Origin: a virus
DNA length: 64,000 nucleotides
Reading direction: 5' to 3' (one strand)
IMG/VR virus record: IMGVR_UViG_3300024496_000012
The translations under genes and the position numbers were made by a program. The notes beneath the pieces are model-generated. The model did not search any database, was not told where the DNA came from, and worked only from the letters and a program-made list of their open reading frames with translations. This document shows positions 6,965 through 16,682 of the stretch, one piece after another; positions within the stretch are counted from its first letter, which is position 1, and the number at the start of each line of letters is the position of its first letter.

Positions 6965-9790
6965 ATGGCAGCATCCGTCCTAATAGACATACCCGGAGTT
7001 GGAACAGTAGAAGCCAAAAATGCGGCCTCTGAAGCCACGCTACAGGAAATATTAAAAGTAGTTAGAAAAGCCGATAAAGAAACCGGGGGATTTAAAAAGA
7101 ATCCTGGGGACAAAGGCGGTGGTGGCGGTGGCGACACCGGAGGTGGTGGCGGCGGATCTAAAGCTGGTAGCGGCCTGGAATCTCTAGGAAAGCTAGCCTA
7201 CGCAACAGGTTTTGCATTTGCTAAAGTTGAAAAAGCAGTAAAATGGACTACTGGTGCTATCGTAGGGCTTGGTGAAGGTAGCACAAAACTCATAGAACAG
7301 TTTTCTAAAGTAGGAGATGATGTTAACAGTGCGGCCGCAGTATTCAGTAAGGTTCCTATTGTTGGAACGATGTTTAGTGCGGTAGCAGCCGCAGCTTCTG
7401 GAGTAGTTAAATCATATCAAGATGCCGCAGCCAGTGGAGCTACATTCACAGGTAGTGTTAATCAGTTTGCTGCCGCAGCCAGTGGAGCAGGTATGACAAT
7501 GGCCGATTTTGGTGCATTAATAAGAAACAACGGCGCTGGCATGCTTGGGTTTGGAACAACGGTTGAAGATGGTGCAAAGAGATTTGCACAGGTGTCAAAA
7601 GCCTTAAGAACCTCTAGTGGTGAACTATATGCACTTGGGTATTCTACTCAAGATATTAATGAAGGCCTCGCTAAGTACGGTTCATTGTTAAGACAACAAG
7701 GTCTACAAGGTAATCAAACAAACGCACAGTTAGCCAGCGGTGCTAAAAATTATCTAAAAGAAATGGATGCGTTAGCCAAGATAACTGGTGAAGAGCGCAA
7801 AGCAAAAGAAGCACAAGCAGAAGCACTAGCAAAAGATGCTCAGTTCCAAGCAGCATTGGCCGGAGCCAGTGAAGAAGTAAGAAATAGTTTTCGAGATACA
7901 GTTCTACAGTTTAAAAATCCCGCACTACAAAACTTTGCCAAAGACGTTATGGCAAACGGTGTTGCTACCACTGAAGAAAATCAAAAGATTATGGCCATGA
8001 TGCCTAAATCAGCAGCCATGCTCGCAGAGTTTAATGCTAAAATAGCACGTGGCGAAACAATCAGTGTTGAAGAAAGAAACAGATTAAACAATCTAATGAA
8101 AGTAGAAGGCGGAGCAGCACTAAAAAATATTAAAACAGCAGGTGCCGCTAGTCAAGAGCTATCAGGGACTGTTAATGCTCTAGCAGGTACGCAAGAAATT
8201 AATACAGACGCTGTTAAAAAAGCAGGAGAACAACAAGCAGAAGCTGCTAAGAAAACTGACGGTATGAATGCACAGATGGAAGCTACTAAACAAAGGTTAG
8301 CAGAATTTAGTAACGCTTTTCAAATGGCTCTGGCTAATAGCGGTCTATTAGATTTGTTGTTAAAAGCCTTTGAGTTTGTAGCAAATATAATAATGACTTT
8401 TGTTGTGCCTATTTTTCAAATGTTTGCTCAGGTAATAAACTCAGCAGGTTCAACATTTATTGATCTTTTAATGCCCGCAGTTACAGCTCTAGCAGATTTT
8501 TTTGTAACAAACGTTCTTCCTATTTTAAATCGACTAACAGGAATAATAATAGGCGAAGTCATTCCTGCATTTGTTGAAGCTATACAAACTACCTTGGAAG
8601 ATCTCAAACCTGCATTCGAATGGATTTCTAATGTTATCAAAGATTATGTTATTCCAATCTTTAAGAATGTAGCATTGTTTATCGCAGATAACCTAACTCC
8701 AATATTGATAGGAGTTGTTGGAGCATTTGTAACAATGAAAGCTATACAGCTCGCTTCTATGATTCCCTCGATGATAGCTACTGCTGCACAGGCATTTGCA
8801 ACTGCGGCAGCATTTATTCCTTTGATTGCAGGAGTTGTGGCAGCCACGTGGCCGTTTTTAGCCATAGCTGCTGCCATCGCCGCTGCTATCTATGTGTTTA
8901 AAAAACTAGGTGGTGATACACAGGTTGTGTCTGATGCATTTAGCTGGTTAGGTAAACAGTTCAAGTCTATGTTCCTTATGCTCAAGGAAGGTATATTAGT
9001 TTTCCTAAATGCTATTCCTGGTATGCGTGGAGACTACGATAAAGATATTAAAGACATACAGGAAGAACGAAAAAAGAATAGCGAGGAAGCAACTCAGCTT
9101 GAAAAAGACATGGCTGAGCGTATGAGGAAAAACAGAGAAGCTCAAGAAGCTGAAGCAAAAGCCGAGGCCGCAAAAGAAGAAGCTGATAACAAGAAAAAAG
9201 AAGCTCGTCGTCAGAATGCTAAAGATATCGAAGAGAATCTTGCTAAGAAAGAAGAAACACTGTTCAAGAATGGTTTATCAATTAAAGGAGCTAGTTTGGC
9301 TGCTGACAAAAAACATGCAGACAAAAAAGAAGAGATTGCTGATAAAGCAGAAGAAGCAGAAAAGAAACTAGCAAATGTTGATTATAACACTACTGATTCT
9401 ATTTCATTATTGAAACAGGTAGCAACACAACAAGGAAGTGATTTAGTTCCACAGGCAGCTAAAACTGTAGGAAGAGAACCAGCCCCTGCTTCGGCTTCTG
9501 CAGGTGCAGATACTACTAGAAGAGAAATTGCAGCGGTCAGCGAAGAAGAAAGAGCTAAAAAAGCCAAAGAAGCAGCCGAGCGTCAAGCCAGAGAAAGTGG
9601 AGGTGGTTCAACTACTAATCCAGCAGCTCCAAAGTCTCCGACCCAAGCTCAAGAATCCGCCGAGTCATTGCTTGCACAGTTAAATACTAAGATGGATCAA
9701 CTTCTAAGAGTAAATCGAGAATCGTTTAATGTTGCCGAGCGCCAACTAAGCGTTACTAGAGGTCTAAGCAAAGACATGTTTAACATTTAA
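6965..9790 (+). CDS. Tail tape measure protein
   Basis: 941 aa, Ala-rich helical, central hydrophobic membrane-like segments, charged coiled-coil C-terminus; adjacent to the chaperone pair. Confidence 0.8.
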   Translation: MAASVLIDIPGVGTVEAKNAASEATLQEILKVVRKADKETGGFKKNPGDKGGGGGGDTGGGGGGSKAGSGLESLGKLAYATGFAFAKVEKAVKWTTGAIVGLGEGSTKLIEQFSKVGDDVNSAAAVFSKVPIVGTMFSAVAAAASGVVKSYQDAAASGATFTGSVNQFAAAASGAGMTMADFGALIRNNGAGMLGFGTTVEDGAKRFAQVSKALRTSSGELYALGYSTQDINEGLAKYGSLLRQQGLQGNQTNAQLASGAKNYLKEMDALAKITGEERKAKEAQAEALAKDAQFQAALAGASEEVRNSFRDTVLQFKNPALQNFAKDVMANGVATTEENQKIMAMMPKSAAMLAEFNAKIARGETISVEERNRLNNLMKVEGGAALKNIKTAGAASQELSGTVNALAGTQEINTDAVKKAGEQQAEAAKKTDGMNAQMEATKQRLAEFSNAFQMALANSGLLDLLLKAFEFVANIIMTFVVPIFQMFAQVINSAGSTFIDLLMPAVTALADFFVTNVLPILNRLTGIIIGEVIPAFVEAIQTTLEDLKPAFEWISNVIKDYVIPIFKNVALFIADNLTPILIGVVGAFVTMKAIQLASMIPSMIATAAQAFATAAAFIPLIAGVVAATWPFLAIAAAIAAAIYVFKKLGGDTQVVSDAFSWLGKQFKSMFLMLKEGILVFLNAIPGMRGDYDKDIKDIQEERKKNSEEATQLEKDMAERMRKNREAQEAEAKAEAAKEEADNKKKEARRQNAKDIEENLAKKEETLFKNGLSIKGASLAADKKHADKKEEIADKAEEAEKKLANVDYNTTDSISLLKQVATQQGSDLVPQAAKTVGREPAPASASAGADTTRREIAAVSEEERAKKAKEAAERQARESGGGSTTNPAAPKSPTQAQESAESLLAQLNTKMDQLLRVNRESFNVAERQLSVTRGLSKDMFNI

Positions 9791-9799
9791 GGTACTGCA

Positions 9800-11518
9800 A
9801 TGAGTTGGAAAAAATATTTTACGCCGGTTAACACTAATGTCCAAAAGGCAGGGTTTAGTCCTATTTCAGGAGCCACACGCCCTGGACCAGCACGATCAAA
9901 CTACAGCAGTTACCTACCGGATGTCTATGCAGGCTCGCCAAACCGTATCGAACGATATATCCAATATGACACAATGGATATGGACTCAGAAGTTAATGCA
10001 GCACTGGATATCCTTAGTGAGTTTTGCACACAATCAGATAAAGAAAACGATACAGCTTTCCAGGTAAAATACAAAGGAAAACCGACTGCCGTAGAAGTTA
10101 GATTGATCAAAGACAGTCTACAAAAATGGTACAAGGAAAATGATTTTGAAACAAGAATCTTCCGTATCGTGCGTAACACATTTAAGTATGGAGATTGTTT
10201 CTTCATACGTGATCCAGAAAACAAAAAATGGTTGTATGTAGACCCTACCAAGGTTACAAAAATCATCGTCAATGAAAGCGAAGGTAAGATTCCTGAGCAG
10301 TACACGCTCAAAGATATTAACTTTAATTTCAAGAACTTAATAGCAGTAACACCGCATCAAACCACAAACACACAGCCTAGTGGTACATCTTATTACACCA
10401 CAGCAGGTGGATTTGGTCGAGGCTTTACAGGTGATGCTGCCCGCCCACCTGGCACACGTTTCAGTAACCAAGTTAATGAAGTAACTGTTGATGCCAAACA
10501 CATGATACATATCAGTCTTTCAGAAGGACTTGATCAAAACTATCCATTTGGTAACAGCCTACTAGAATCAGTATTCAAAGTCTACAAGCAGAAAGAACTG
10601 CTCGAAGATGCTATCATTATCTATCGTATACAACGTGCTCCAGAACGTAGAATCTTCTACGTGGACGTTGGAAATATGCCAGCACACATGGCTATGGGAT
10701 TCGTTGAACGTGTTAAAAACGAAATACAACAACGACGTATTCCAAGTGCTACAGGTGGTGGACAGAACGTCATAGACGCTAGTTATAATCCTCTAAGTGT
10801 AAACGAAGATTACTTCTTTCCGCAGACTGCAGAAGGTCGTGGATCAAAAGTTGAAACACTTCCAGGCGGTACTAATCTAGGTGAAATCACAGATCTACGC
10901 TATTTTACCAACAAGCTATTCCGTGCTCTGCGTATTCCAAGTAGCTATCTGCCTACACAGATTGACGAACAACCAAACAATATCGCAGACGGTAAGGTAG
11001 GAACAGCCTACATACAAGAACTGCGTTTTAACAAATACTGCGAACGTCTACAGAGTCTTATCATTGAAGCTTTTGACACAGAGTTTAAACTTTGGTTAAT
11101 GGATCAAGGGGTCAATATCGACAACACTTTATTCAAACTCAAGTTCAACACTCCTCAAAACTTTGCCGCTTATCGTCAAAGTGAACTTGATACTGCTCGC
11201 GTAGCAACATTCGCACAAGTACAACAGATTCCGCATCTGAGCAAACGTTTTGCTATGAAGAGATTCTTGGGCATGACCGAAGAAGAAATCAAAGAAAATG
11301 AACAGATGTGGAGAGAAGAAAACGGCAGCAAACTAGCACCGCCTACTGATGCACAGGGAGAAATGCGTGGAGCAGGAATCACTCCTGGAGGTATCGCAGG
11401 CGATGTAGCAGGGCAAGAAGCTGAAGCAAGTCCAGATATGGCCGCAGCAGCCGAGGGCGAAGCAGCTACAGGAGCTGAACCAGGAGCTGGAGCTGCACCT
11501 CCGCCTCCCGCAGCATAA
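9800..11518 (+). CDS. gp20: Portal protein (T4 gp20 family)
   Basis: MDxDSEVNAALD, QKELLEDAIIIYRIQRAPERRIFYVDVGNMP, EDYFFP, TLPGG motifs. Confidence 0.97.
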   Translation: MSWKKYFTPVNTNVQKAGFSPISGATRPGPARSNYSSYLPDVYAGSPNRIERYIQYDTMDMDSEVNAALDILSEFCTQSDKENDTAFQVKYKGKPTAVEVRLIKDSLQKWYKENDFETRIFRIVRNTFKYGDCFFIRDPENKKWLYVDPTKVTKIIVNESEGKIPEQYTLKDINFNFKNLIAVTPHQTTNTQPSGTSYYTTAGGFGRGFTGDAARPPGTRFSNQVNEVTVDAKHMIHISLSEGLDQNYPFGNSLLESVFKVYKQKELLEDAIIIYRIQRAPERRIFYVDVGNMPAHMAMGFVERVKNEIQQRRIPSATGGGQNVIDASYNPLSVNEDYFFPQTAEGRGSKVETLPGGTNLGEITDLRYFTNKLFRALRIPSSYLPTQIDEQPNNIADGKVGTAYIQELRFNKYCERLQSLIIEAFDTEFKLWLMDQGVNIDNTLFKLKFNTPQNFAAYRQSELDTARVATFAQVQQIPHLSKRFAMKRFLGMTEEEIKENEQMWREENGSKLAPPTDAQGEMRGAGITPGGIAGDVAGQEAEASPDMAAAAEGEAATGAEPGAGAAPPPPAA

Positions 11519-11519
11519 T

Positions 11520-11527
11520 AATAAATA
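11520..11527 (+). promoter_or_regulatory. Late promoter box AATAAATA
   Basis: 4 nt upstream of ATG 11532. Confidence 0.6.
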
Positions 11528-11531
11528 CAAT

Positions 11532-11774
11532 ATGCTTCTACGAGAGTTCATCTATTTTAACGACAATATTAATGACTTTGCTGTTGATCGCCGATACGAT
11601 AACAGCAAGGACAGTTCTGTTTTGGAAAAAGGTGATACACGTAAAGTGCGTCTTACACTAAGACAAATCAATCAACTAAGGCTGCAAGCCGAAGCTCACA
11701 AAGCTGAAGTAGAGAGCGAATCTGCTTTTATACAACAAATGTATGCAACCCCAGTTGAGCAACCAGCACAATAA
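11532..11774 (+). CDS. Small head-module protein
   Basis: 80 aa between portal and scaffold; RKVRLTLRQINQLR helix. Confidence 0.7.
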   Translation: MLLREFIYFNDNINDFAVDRRYDNSKDSSVLEKGDTRKVRLTLRQINQLRLQAEAHKAEVESESAFIQQMYATPVEQPAQ

Positions 11775-12390
11775 CATAGCTTTTGTATTAGGAAACGGTA
11801 AAACTCGGTTAGCAGCAAACGCAAACGAGCTACTGAATCTTGGTATCGTCTATGGCTGTAACGCCATATATCGCGAACTTAATCCACATTTTTTAATAGC
11901 CGTTGACGTAAAAATGGTCAACGAAATCATCGGTACGGGCTATCACAGATGCAACCAAGTGTGGACTAATCACAACAAAGGCATCGTAGATCACAAAGAT
12001 ATTAACTTTTTCCATCCGCATAAAGGTTGGAGCAGTGGTCCTACAGCATTACATATGGCTGCTAGCAGAGGACACACTGAGATCTACATACTAGGGTTTG
12101 ATTATCAAGGCGAAAAAGGACTAGTAAACAACATATACGCAGACACAAACAACTATAAAAAAAGCTCTGAACCTGCGACTTATTATGGAAACTGGATGGC
12201 TCAGACCGTTAAAACTATCAAGGAATTTCCAAAAACAAAGTTCATTAGAGTTATAGAACCCAGCGATTTTAAGCCGGTAGAACTGACTACAGACCTCGGA
12301 AACCTTTCACATATGACTTATCGTTATTTCTTTGAAAAATTTCCAACGGCTATATATTCTGATCAAAACGATCAAAAAACTACCATTTAA
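11743..12390 (+). CDS. Glycosyltransferase-like protein (CstII/GT42- or Maf/DUF115-type Rossmann fold); start uncertain
   Basis: AFVLGNG-x-T, YGCNAIYR, WSSGPTAL and IYILGFDY motifs characteristic of that fold. Confidence 0.65.
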   Translation: MQPQLSNQHNNIAFVLGNGKTRLAANANELLNLGIVYGCNAIYRELNPHFLIAVDVKMVNEIIGTGYHRCNQVWTNHNKGIVDHKDINFFHPHKGWSSGPTALHMAASRGHTEIYILGFDYQGEKGLVNNIYADTNNYKKSSEPATYYGNWMAQTVKTIKEFPKTKFIRVIEPSDFKPVELTTDLGNLSHMTYRYFFEKFPTAIYSDQNDQKTTI

Positions 12391-12410
12391 ACCCGATTTA
12401 AAATATATGT

Positions 12411-12418
12411 ATTAAATA
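12411..12418 (+). promoter_or_regulatory. Possible late promoter ATTAAATA
   Basis: One mismatch variant upstream of the scaffold/protease/capsid operon. Confidence 0.45.
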
Positions 12419-12453
12419 AAACACAGCCTAACCACATCTTGAAGGAGAATACT

Positions 12454-13404
12454 ATGGCAGATAAGAACCTATTGACTCAGATGCTTGAGCATCTAGTTAA
12501 CGATGATTCAGCTAAAGCTGAAGAACTATTCCACGAATACGTGGTACAAAAATCCCGCGAAATTTATGAAGATTTGATCGAATCAGAGATCAAAGACGAA
12601 GAAGACGAAGAAGTTGAAGAAGCAACTGAAGAAGATGATGAAGAATCAATGGAAGAATCTTCTGAATCAGATGACGAAGAAATGGACGAAAACTTCGAAG
12701 ATATCGCTATCGAAGGCGACGACGAAGAAGACGATATGGGCGGCGACGATATGACAGGTGATCTAGAAGGTGATCTAGACATGGGCCCAGAAGAAGGCGA
12801 AGAAGAAGAAAAGTCCGAAGAAGAATTGTTCCAAGACCTAGACGCTATCGTTGATGAACTACAAGCTAAGTTCGACGAGCTAAAGGGCATGGAAGCTGGT
12901 GAGCACGAAATGGACGGTGACACTGGTGAAGAAGAAATGGAAACATTTGGTGACCCACAACTAGCAACAGTTCGTGAGTACGTAGAAAAAGTTCCAGCAG
13001 GTCACGGTGTTGAAAAGAAAGGTGGCGCAGAAGGTCAACTAAGCGGCACAGGTTCACAAAGTGACAAGCCAAGCGTTAATACAAAATCTATCGTAGCAGG
13101 TAAGAATGACATGGGCGGTACAGCTAGCAATCTTAACCAAGCCTACGAAGATGGCAGCGTTACACACGCAGGCGCAGAAGGCGGTGCTCTAAAAGGCAAC
13201 GGCCTAAGCGATACTAAAGCAAAGGATATGAATACAGGTAACATCAATGTTCCCGGCGGCAAAGCAGGCGATGCTTTCAAGAAAAACTCCGCTGGACATG
13301 GTGCAGAGAAAAAGGGCGGTGGCGAAGGCGTTCTAAGTGGTACAGGTAATCACAGCGATAAGCCAAGTGTCAACACCCAAAGCCTTTTCCGTGGTCGTAG
13401 ATAA
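12454..13404 (+). CDS. Acidic prohead core/scaffolding protein
   Basis: Start reassigned to ATG 12454 (AAGGAG SD at 12442-47). Very Glu/Asp-rich N-terminal half; lies just before the protease. Confidence 0.75.
   Translation: MADKNLLTQMLEHLVNDDSAKAEELFHEYVVQKSREIYEDLIESEIKDEEDEEVEEATEEDDEESMEESSESDDEEMDENFEDIAIEGDDEEDDMGGDDMTGDLEGDLDMGPEEGEEEEKSEEELFQDLDAIVDELQAKFDELKGMEAGEHEMDGDTGEEEMETFGDPQLATVREYVEKVPAGHGVEKKGGAEGQLSGTGSQSDKPSVNTKSIVAGKNDMGGTASNLNQAYEDGSVTHAGAEGGALKGNGLSDTKAKDMNTGNINVPGGKAGDAFKKNSAGHGAEKKGGGEGVLSGTGNHSDKPSVNTQSLFRGRR
12997..13377 (+). repeat. Internal 29-codon direct repeat in the scaffold gene (12997-13083 and 13291-13377)
   Basis: AGHGVEKKGGAEGQLSGTGSQSDKPSVNT vs AGHGAEKKGGGEGVLSGTGNHSDKPSVNT. 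Confidence 0.9.
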
Positions 13405-13419
13405 TAGGATCGTAAACCG

Positions 13420-14049
13420 GTGAAAACTACTCTAGCAGAACATTTGAGTTACGACCAGGCTAAGATTGTCCTTGAGAGAGACGAAGGCAGCGACGGTAAA
13501 AAGTCGCTGTATCTCAACGGGATTTGCATTCAGGGCGACATTAGGAATGCAAATCAACGTGTTTATTCTTCTCAAGAGATTGGCAAGGCTGTCAAGACTC
13601 TCAACGAACAGATCGCTGGTGGTTACTCCGTGCTAGGAGAAGTTGATCATCCTCAAGATTTACGCATCAATCTAGATCGTGTTTCGCACATGATCACGAA
13701 GATGTGGATGGACGGTCCTAACGGCTACGGAAAACTTAAAATACTCCCTACTCCAATGGGTCAACTAGTACAGACAATGTTGGAGTCGGGAGTTAAACTT
13801 GGCGTTTCCAGTCGAGGCTCAGGCGAAGTCGACAATAGCGGAAATGTACAAGGATTTGAAATAATCACAGTGGATGTAGTCGCACAACCAAGCGCCCCAG
13901 GCGCTTATCCCACTCCAGTATATGAACATCTGATGAACAACACAGGTGGTTATCAGGCATTTAAAATAGCACAAGAAGTCCAAGGCGATCCAAAGGCACA
14001 AAAATACATAGCAGAAAGCTTGGTGAGAATCATCAAGAAACTGAGATAA
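13420..14049 (+). CDS. gp21: Prohead protease (T4 gp21 family)
   Basis: NANQRVY, GEVDHP, RVSHMI, GVSSRGSG, DVVAQPSAPGAY motifs. Confidence 0.96.
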   Translation: MKTTLAEHLSYDQAKIVLERDEGSDGKKSLYLNGICIQGDIRNANQRVYSSQEIGKAVKTLNEQIAGGYSVLGEVDHPQDLRINLDRVSHMITKMWMDGPNGYGKLKILPTPMGQLVQTMLESGVKLGVSSRGSGEVDNSGNVQGFEIITVDVVAQPSAPGAYPTPVYEHLMNNTGGYQAFKIAQEVQGDPKAQKYIAESLVRIIKKLR

Positions 14050-14062
14050 CAAGGAGAATCAC

Positions 14063-15163
14063 ATGTTAGATATCGTAAAACAGTTGTTTGAAAACAATGT
14101 GATTTCCGAAGAAATCAAATCGGAAATTGAATCCGCTTGGGAAGCAAGGATTCAAGAAAACCGTGAACAAGTCACTGCTACGCTACGTGAAGAATTTGCA
14201 CAGAAATACGAATATGACAAGCAGGCTATGACAGAAGCTGTCGAAGCCATGCTTACAGATCGTCTACAAGCAGAACTAGGTGAGTTTGCAGAAGACCGCA
14301 ACAGCCTAATCGAAGCTCGTGCTAAGTATGCCAAAAAGATGACCGAAGATGCGAAAGTGTTGGAGTCATTTGTATTGCGTAACTTAAACAAAGAACTGTC
14401 AGAACTACACGCAGATCGTAAAGCAGTTGCAGAGAATATCGCAAGATATGAATCCTTTATCGTGGACGCACTGGCGAAAGAAATCGCAGAATTCCACGCT
14501 GACAAGAAAGACCTAGCTGAAACTAAAGTACGTTTAATCCGTGACAGCAAAGCTAAGTTTGAAGCTATCAAGAAAGATTTCATCAACAAGTCAGCAAGTA
14601 TCATTGAAGAAACAGTCGCAAAAGGACTGCGTTCTGAAATGTCACAGCTTAAGGAAGATATCGACGCAGCTCGCAAGAATGACTTTGGTCGCAGGATCTT
14701 TGAATCGTTTGCCAGCGAATACGCTGCAAGTCATCTAAATGAAAAATCCGAAACTGCAAAACTATTAAAAGTAGTAGCGCAGAAGGAAATTGAGTTGGAA
14801 GAAGCAGCTAAAATTGTTGCAGAAACACAAACCCAAGTAGCTGAAAAAGATCGTGAACTACGAATCATCAAGGAATCGGCACAGCGCAAAGACATCATGT
14901 CTGAGTTGCTAAACCCGCTAGCTGGTGACAAGCGTACAGTAATGAAAGAGTTACTTGAATCAGTACAAACTGAAAAGCTACGTGCAGCTTTCGACAAGTA
15001 CTTGCCAGCCGTTATGAACGGAGCAAGTGCGCCAGCGAAGAAAGCACTAACAGAGGCGAAAGAAATCACAGGCAATAAAGAACAGGCACAAACTTTCGGC
15101 GGCACAGAAACCAAGACTGCCGAAATCTTTGACATCCGCAGGCTTGCGGGACTAAAAGTTTAA
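14063..15163 (+). CDS. gp22: Prohead scaffolding protein (T4 gp22-like)
   Basis: Coiled-coil, Glu/Lys/Ala-rich, between protease and capsid genes; AAGGAG SD. Confidence 0.85.
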   Translation: MLDIVKQLFENNVISEEIKSEIESAWEARIQENREQVTATLREEFAQKYEYDKQAMTEAVEAMLTDRLQAELGEFAEDRNSLIEARAKYAKKMTEDAKVLESFVLRNLNKELSELHADRKAVAENIARYESFIVDALAKEIAEFHADKKDLAETKVRLIRDSKAKFEAIKKDFINKSASIIEETVAKGLRSEMSQLKEDIDAARKNDFGRRIFESFASEYAASHLNEKSETAKLLKVVAQKEIELEEAAKIVAETQTQVAEKDRELRIIKESAQRKDIMSELLNPLAGDKRTVMKELLESVQTEKLRAAFDKYLPAVMNGASAPAKKALTEAKEITGNKEQAQTFGGTETKTAEIFDIRRLAGLKV

Positions 15164-15174
15164 GGAGAACTATA

Positions 15175-16344
15175 ATGTCACAACTACTCGAGTCACGCTG
15201 GTCGGAAACCAAAGAGGCACTACTTGAAGGCCTACAAGGTAACAAGCGTTCAGTAATGGCAACAACTCTAGAGAATACCCGCAAGTATCTCGCAGAAGCT
15301 GCTACTGCTGGTGCTACTTCCGCTGGCAATATTGCAACACTAAATCGTGTGATCCTTCCAGTGATCAGACGTGTAATGCCAACCGTTATTGCTAACGAGT
15401 TGGTAGGCGTACAGCCACTAACTGGCCCAGTTGGTCAGATCCACACTCTACGTGTTCGTTACAGCGACAGCTTTAACAGCACAAGTGGTACTGATATCAC
15501 AGCTGGTGATGAGGCACTAAGCCCATTCAAGATTGCTGAAGGCTATTCTGGCAGCAAGTCTGACAAAGCAGCTACTACAGCAGCAATGGAAGGCGTAGCT
15601 GGTAACAGACTAAGCATTCAAATCTTGAAACAAACTGTCGAAGCGAAGACACGTAAGTTGTCAGCTCGCTGGACATTTGAAGCAGCTCAAGATGCACAAG
15701 CCCAACAAGGCATTGACATCGAAGCTGAAATCATGGCAGCTTTGGCTCAAGAAATCACTGCTGAAATCGACCAGGAAGTTATTGGTAGCCTAAATAACTT
15801 AGCAGGTACAGTGCTAACATACGACCAGAACGCAGTTTCAGGTACAGCTACATTCGTTGGTGACGAGCATGCCGCATTGGCAGTTCAAATCAACCGTGTT
15901 GCTAACTTGATCGCTCAGCGTACACGTCGCGGCGCAGGTAACTGGGCTGTTGTTTCCCCAACAACCTTGACACTGCTACAGAGTGCAACTACTTCAGCAT
16001 TTGCACGTACAACAGAAGGAACTTTCGAAGCTCCAACAAACACCAAGTTCGTTGGTACATTGAACAGCGCAATGCGTGTTTATGTAAACGGCTATGCAAC
16101 ATCTGACGATGTTCTAGTTGGTTACAAGGGTTCAAGCGAAAGCGATGCAGCAGCATTCTACTGCCCATACATCCCATTGATGTCAAGCGGTGTTGTGCTA
16201 GATCCATCAACCTTCGAACCAGTCGTAAGCTTCATGACACGTTATGGTTATGTTGAACTTACAAATACTGCTTCGTCTCTAGGTAACGCAGCTGACTACC
16301 TAGGCAAGGTTGCTGTAACATCTGCAAATCTACGTTTTGCTTAA
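15175..16344 (+). CDS. gp23: Major capsid protein (T4 gp23 family, compact 389 aa)
   Basis: VGVQPLTGPVGQI, TRKLSARWTFEAAQD, EITAEIDQE, FYCPYIPL and TRYG motifs; likely protease site YLAE. Confidence 0.97.
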   Translation: MSQLLESRWSETKEALLEGLQGNKRSVMATTLENTRKYLAEAATAGATSAGNIATLNRVILPVIRRVMPTVIANELVGVQPLTGPVGQIHTLRVRYSDSFNSTSGTDITAGDEALSPFKIAEGYSGSKSDKAATTAAMEGVAGNRLSIQILKQTVEAKTRKLSARWTFEAAQDAQAQQGIDIEAEIMAALAQEITAEIDQEVIGSLNNLAGTVLTYDQNAVSGTATFVGDEHAALAVQINRVANLIAQRTRRGAGNWAVVSPTTLTLLQSATTSAFARTTEGTFEAPTNTKFVGTLNSAMRVYVNGYATSDDVLVGYKGSSESDAAAFYCPYIPLMSSGVVLDPSTFEPVVSFMTRYGYVELTNTASSLGNAADYLGKVAVTSANLRFA

Positions 16345-16369
16345 TCGATAACACGATTAATAAACGATC

Positions 16370-16397
16370 AGAAAGCCCCGCAAGGGGCTTTCTTTTT
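16370..16397 (+). terminator. Rho-independent terminator after the capsid gene
   Basis: AGAAAGCCCC-GCAA-GGGGCTTTCT followed by TTTT. Confidence 0.92.
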
Positions 16398-16399
16398 GA

Positions 16400-16407
16400 C
16401 TTAAATA
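16400..16407 (+). promoter_or_regulatory. Late promoter variant CTTAAATA
   Basis: 5 nt upstream of GTG 16413. Confidence 0.5.
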
Positions 16408-16412
16408 TCTGC

Positions 16413-16682
16413 GTGGAAATACATTCTGAAGACGATTTTAACAAAGCTAGGAGTTTAATGGACTCTTGGCGCAGACAGTTTCCTATGTTTAAACACGATG
16501 TTGATAAGATAGAAAATATCATCGAAACCCATATACAAAACTACAGCATAGCACTAGTACATTATAGACAGACCAAGCAACGTAGATTTTTAGAACGTGC
16601 CCAAGACGAAATAAATGAAATAAATCGTGTGATCCTGCAGGCTGAAAAAGCCCAAGTTATGGCTTTACTCAGCCAAAGATAA
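16413..16682 (+). CDS. Hypothetical helical protein
   Basis: 89-aa ORF with GTG start. Confidence 0.65.
   Translation: MEIHSEDDFNKARSLMDSWRRQFPMFKHDVDKIENIIETHIQNYSIALVHYRQTKQRRFLERAQDEINEINRVILQAEKAQVMALLSQR

Noticed and set aside
12564-12923. Ser-rich minus-strand ORF (also 14152..14676, 14731..15135, 19407..19910, 21103..21561 and other antisense ORFs)
   Set aside because: Antisense shadows of well-supported, codon-biased structural genes.
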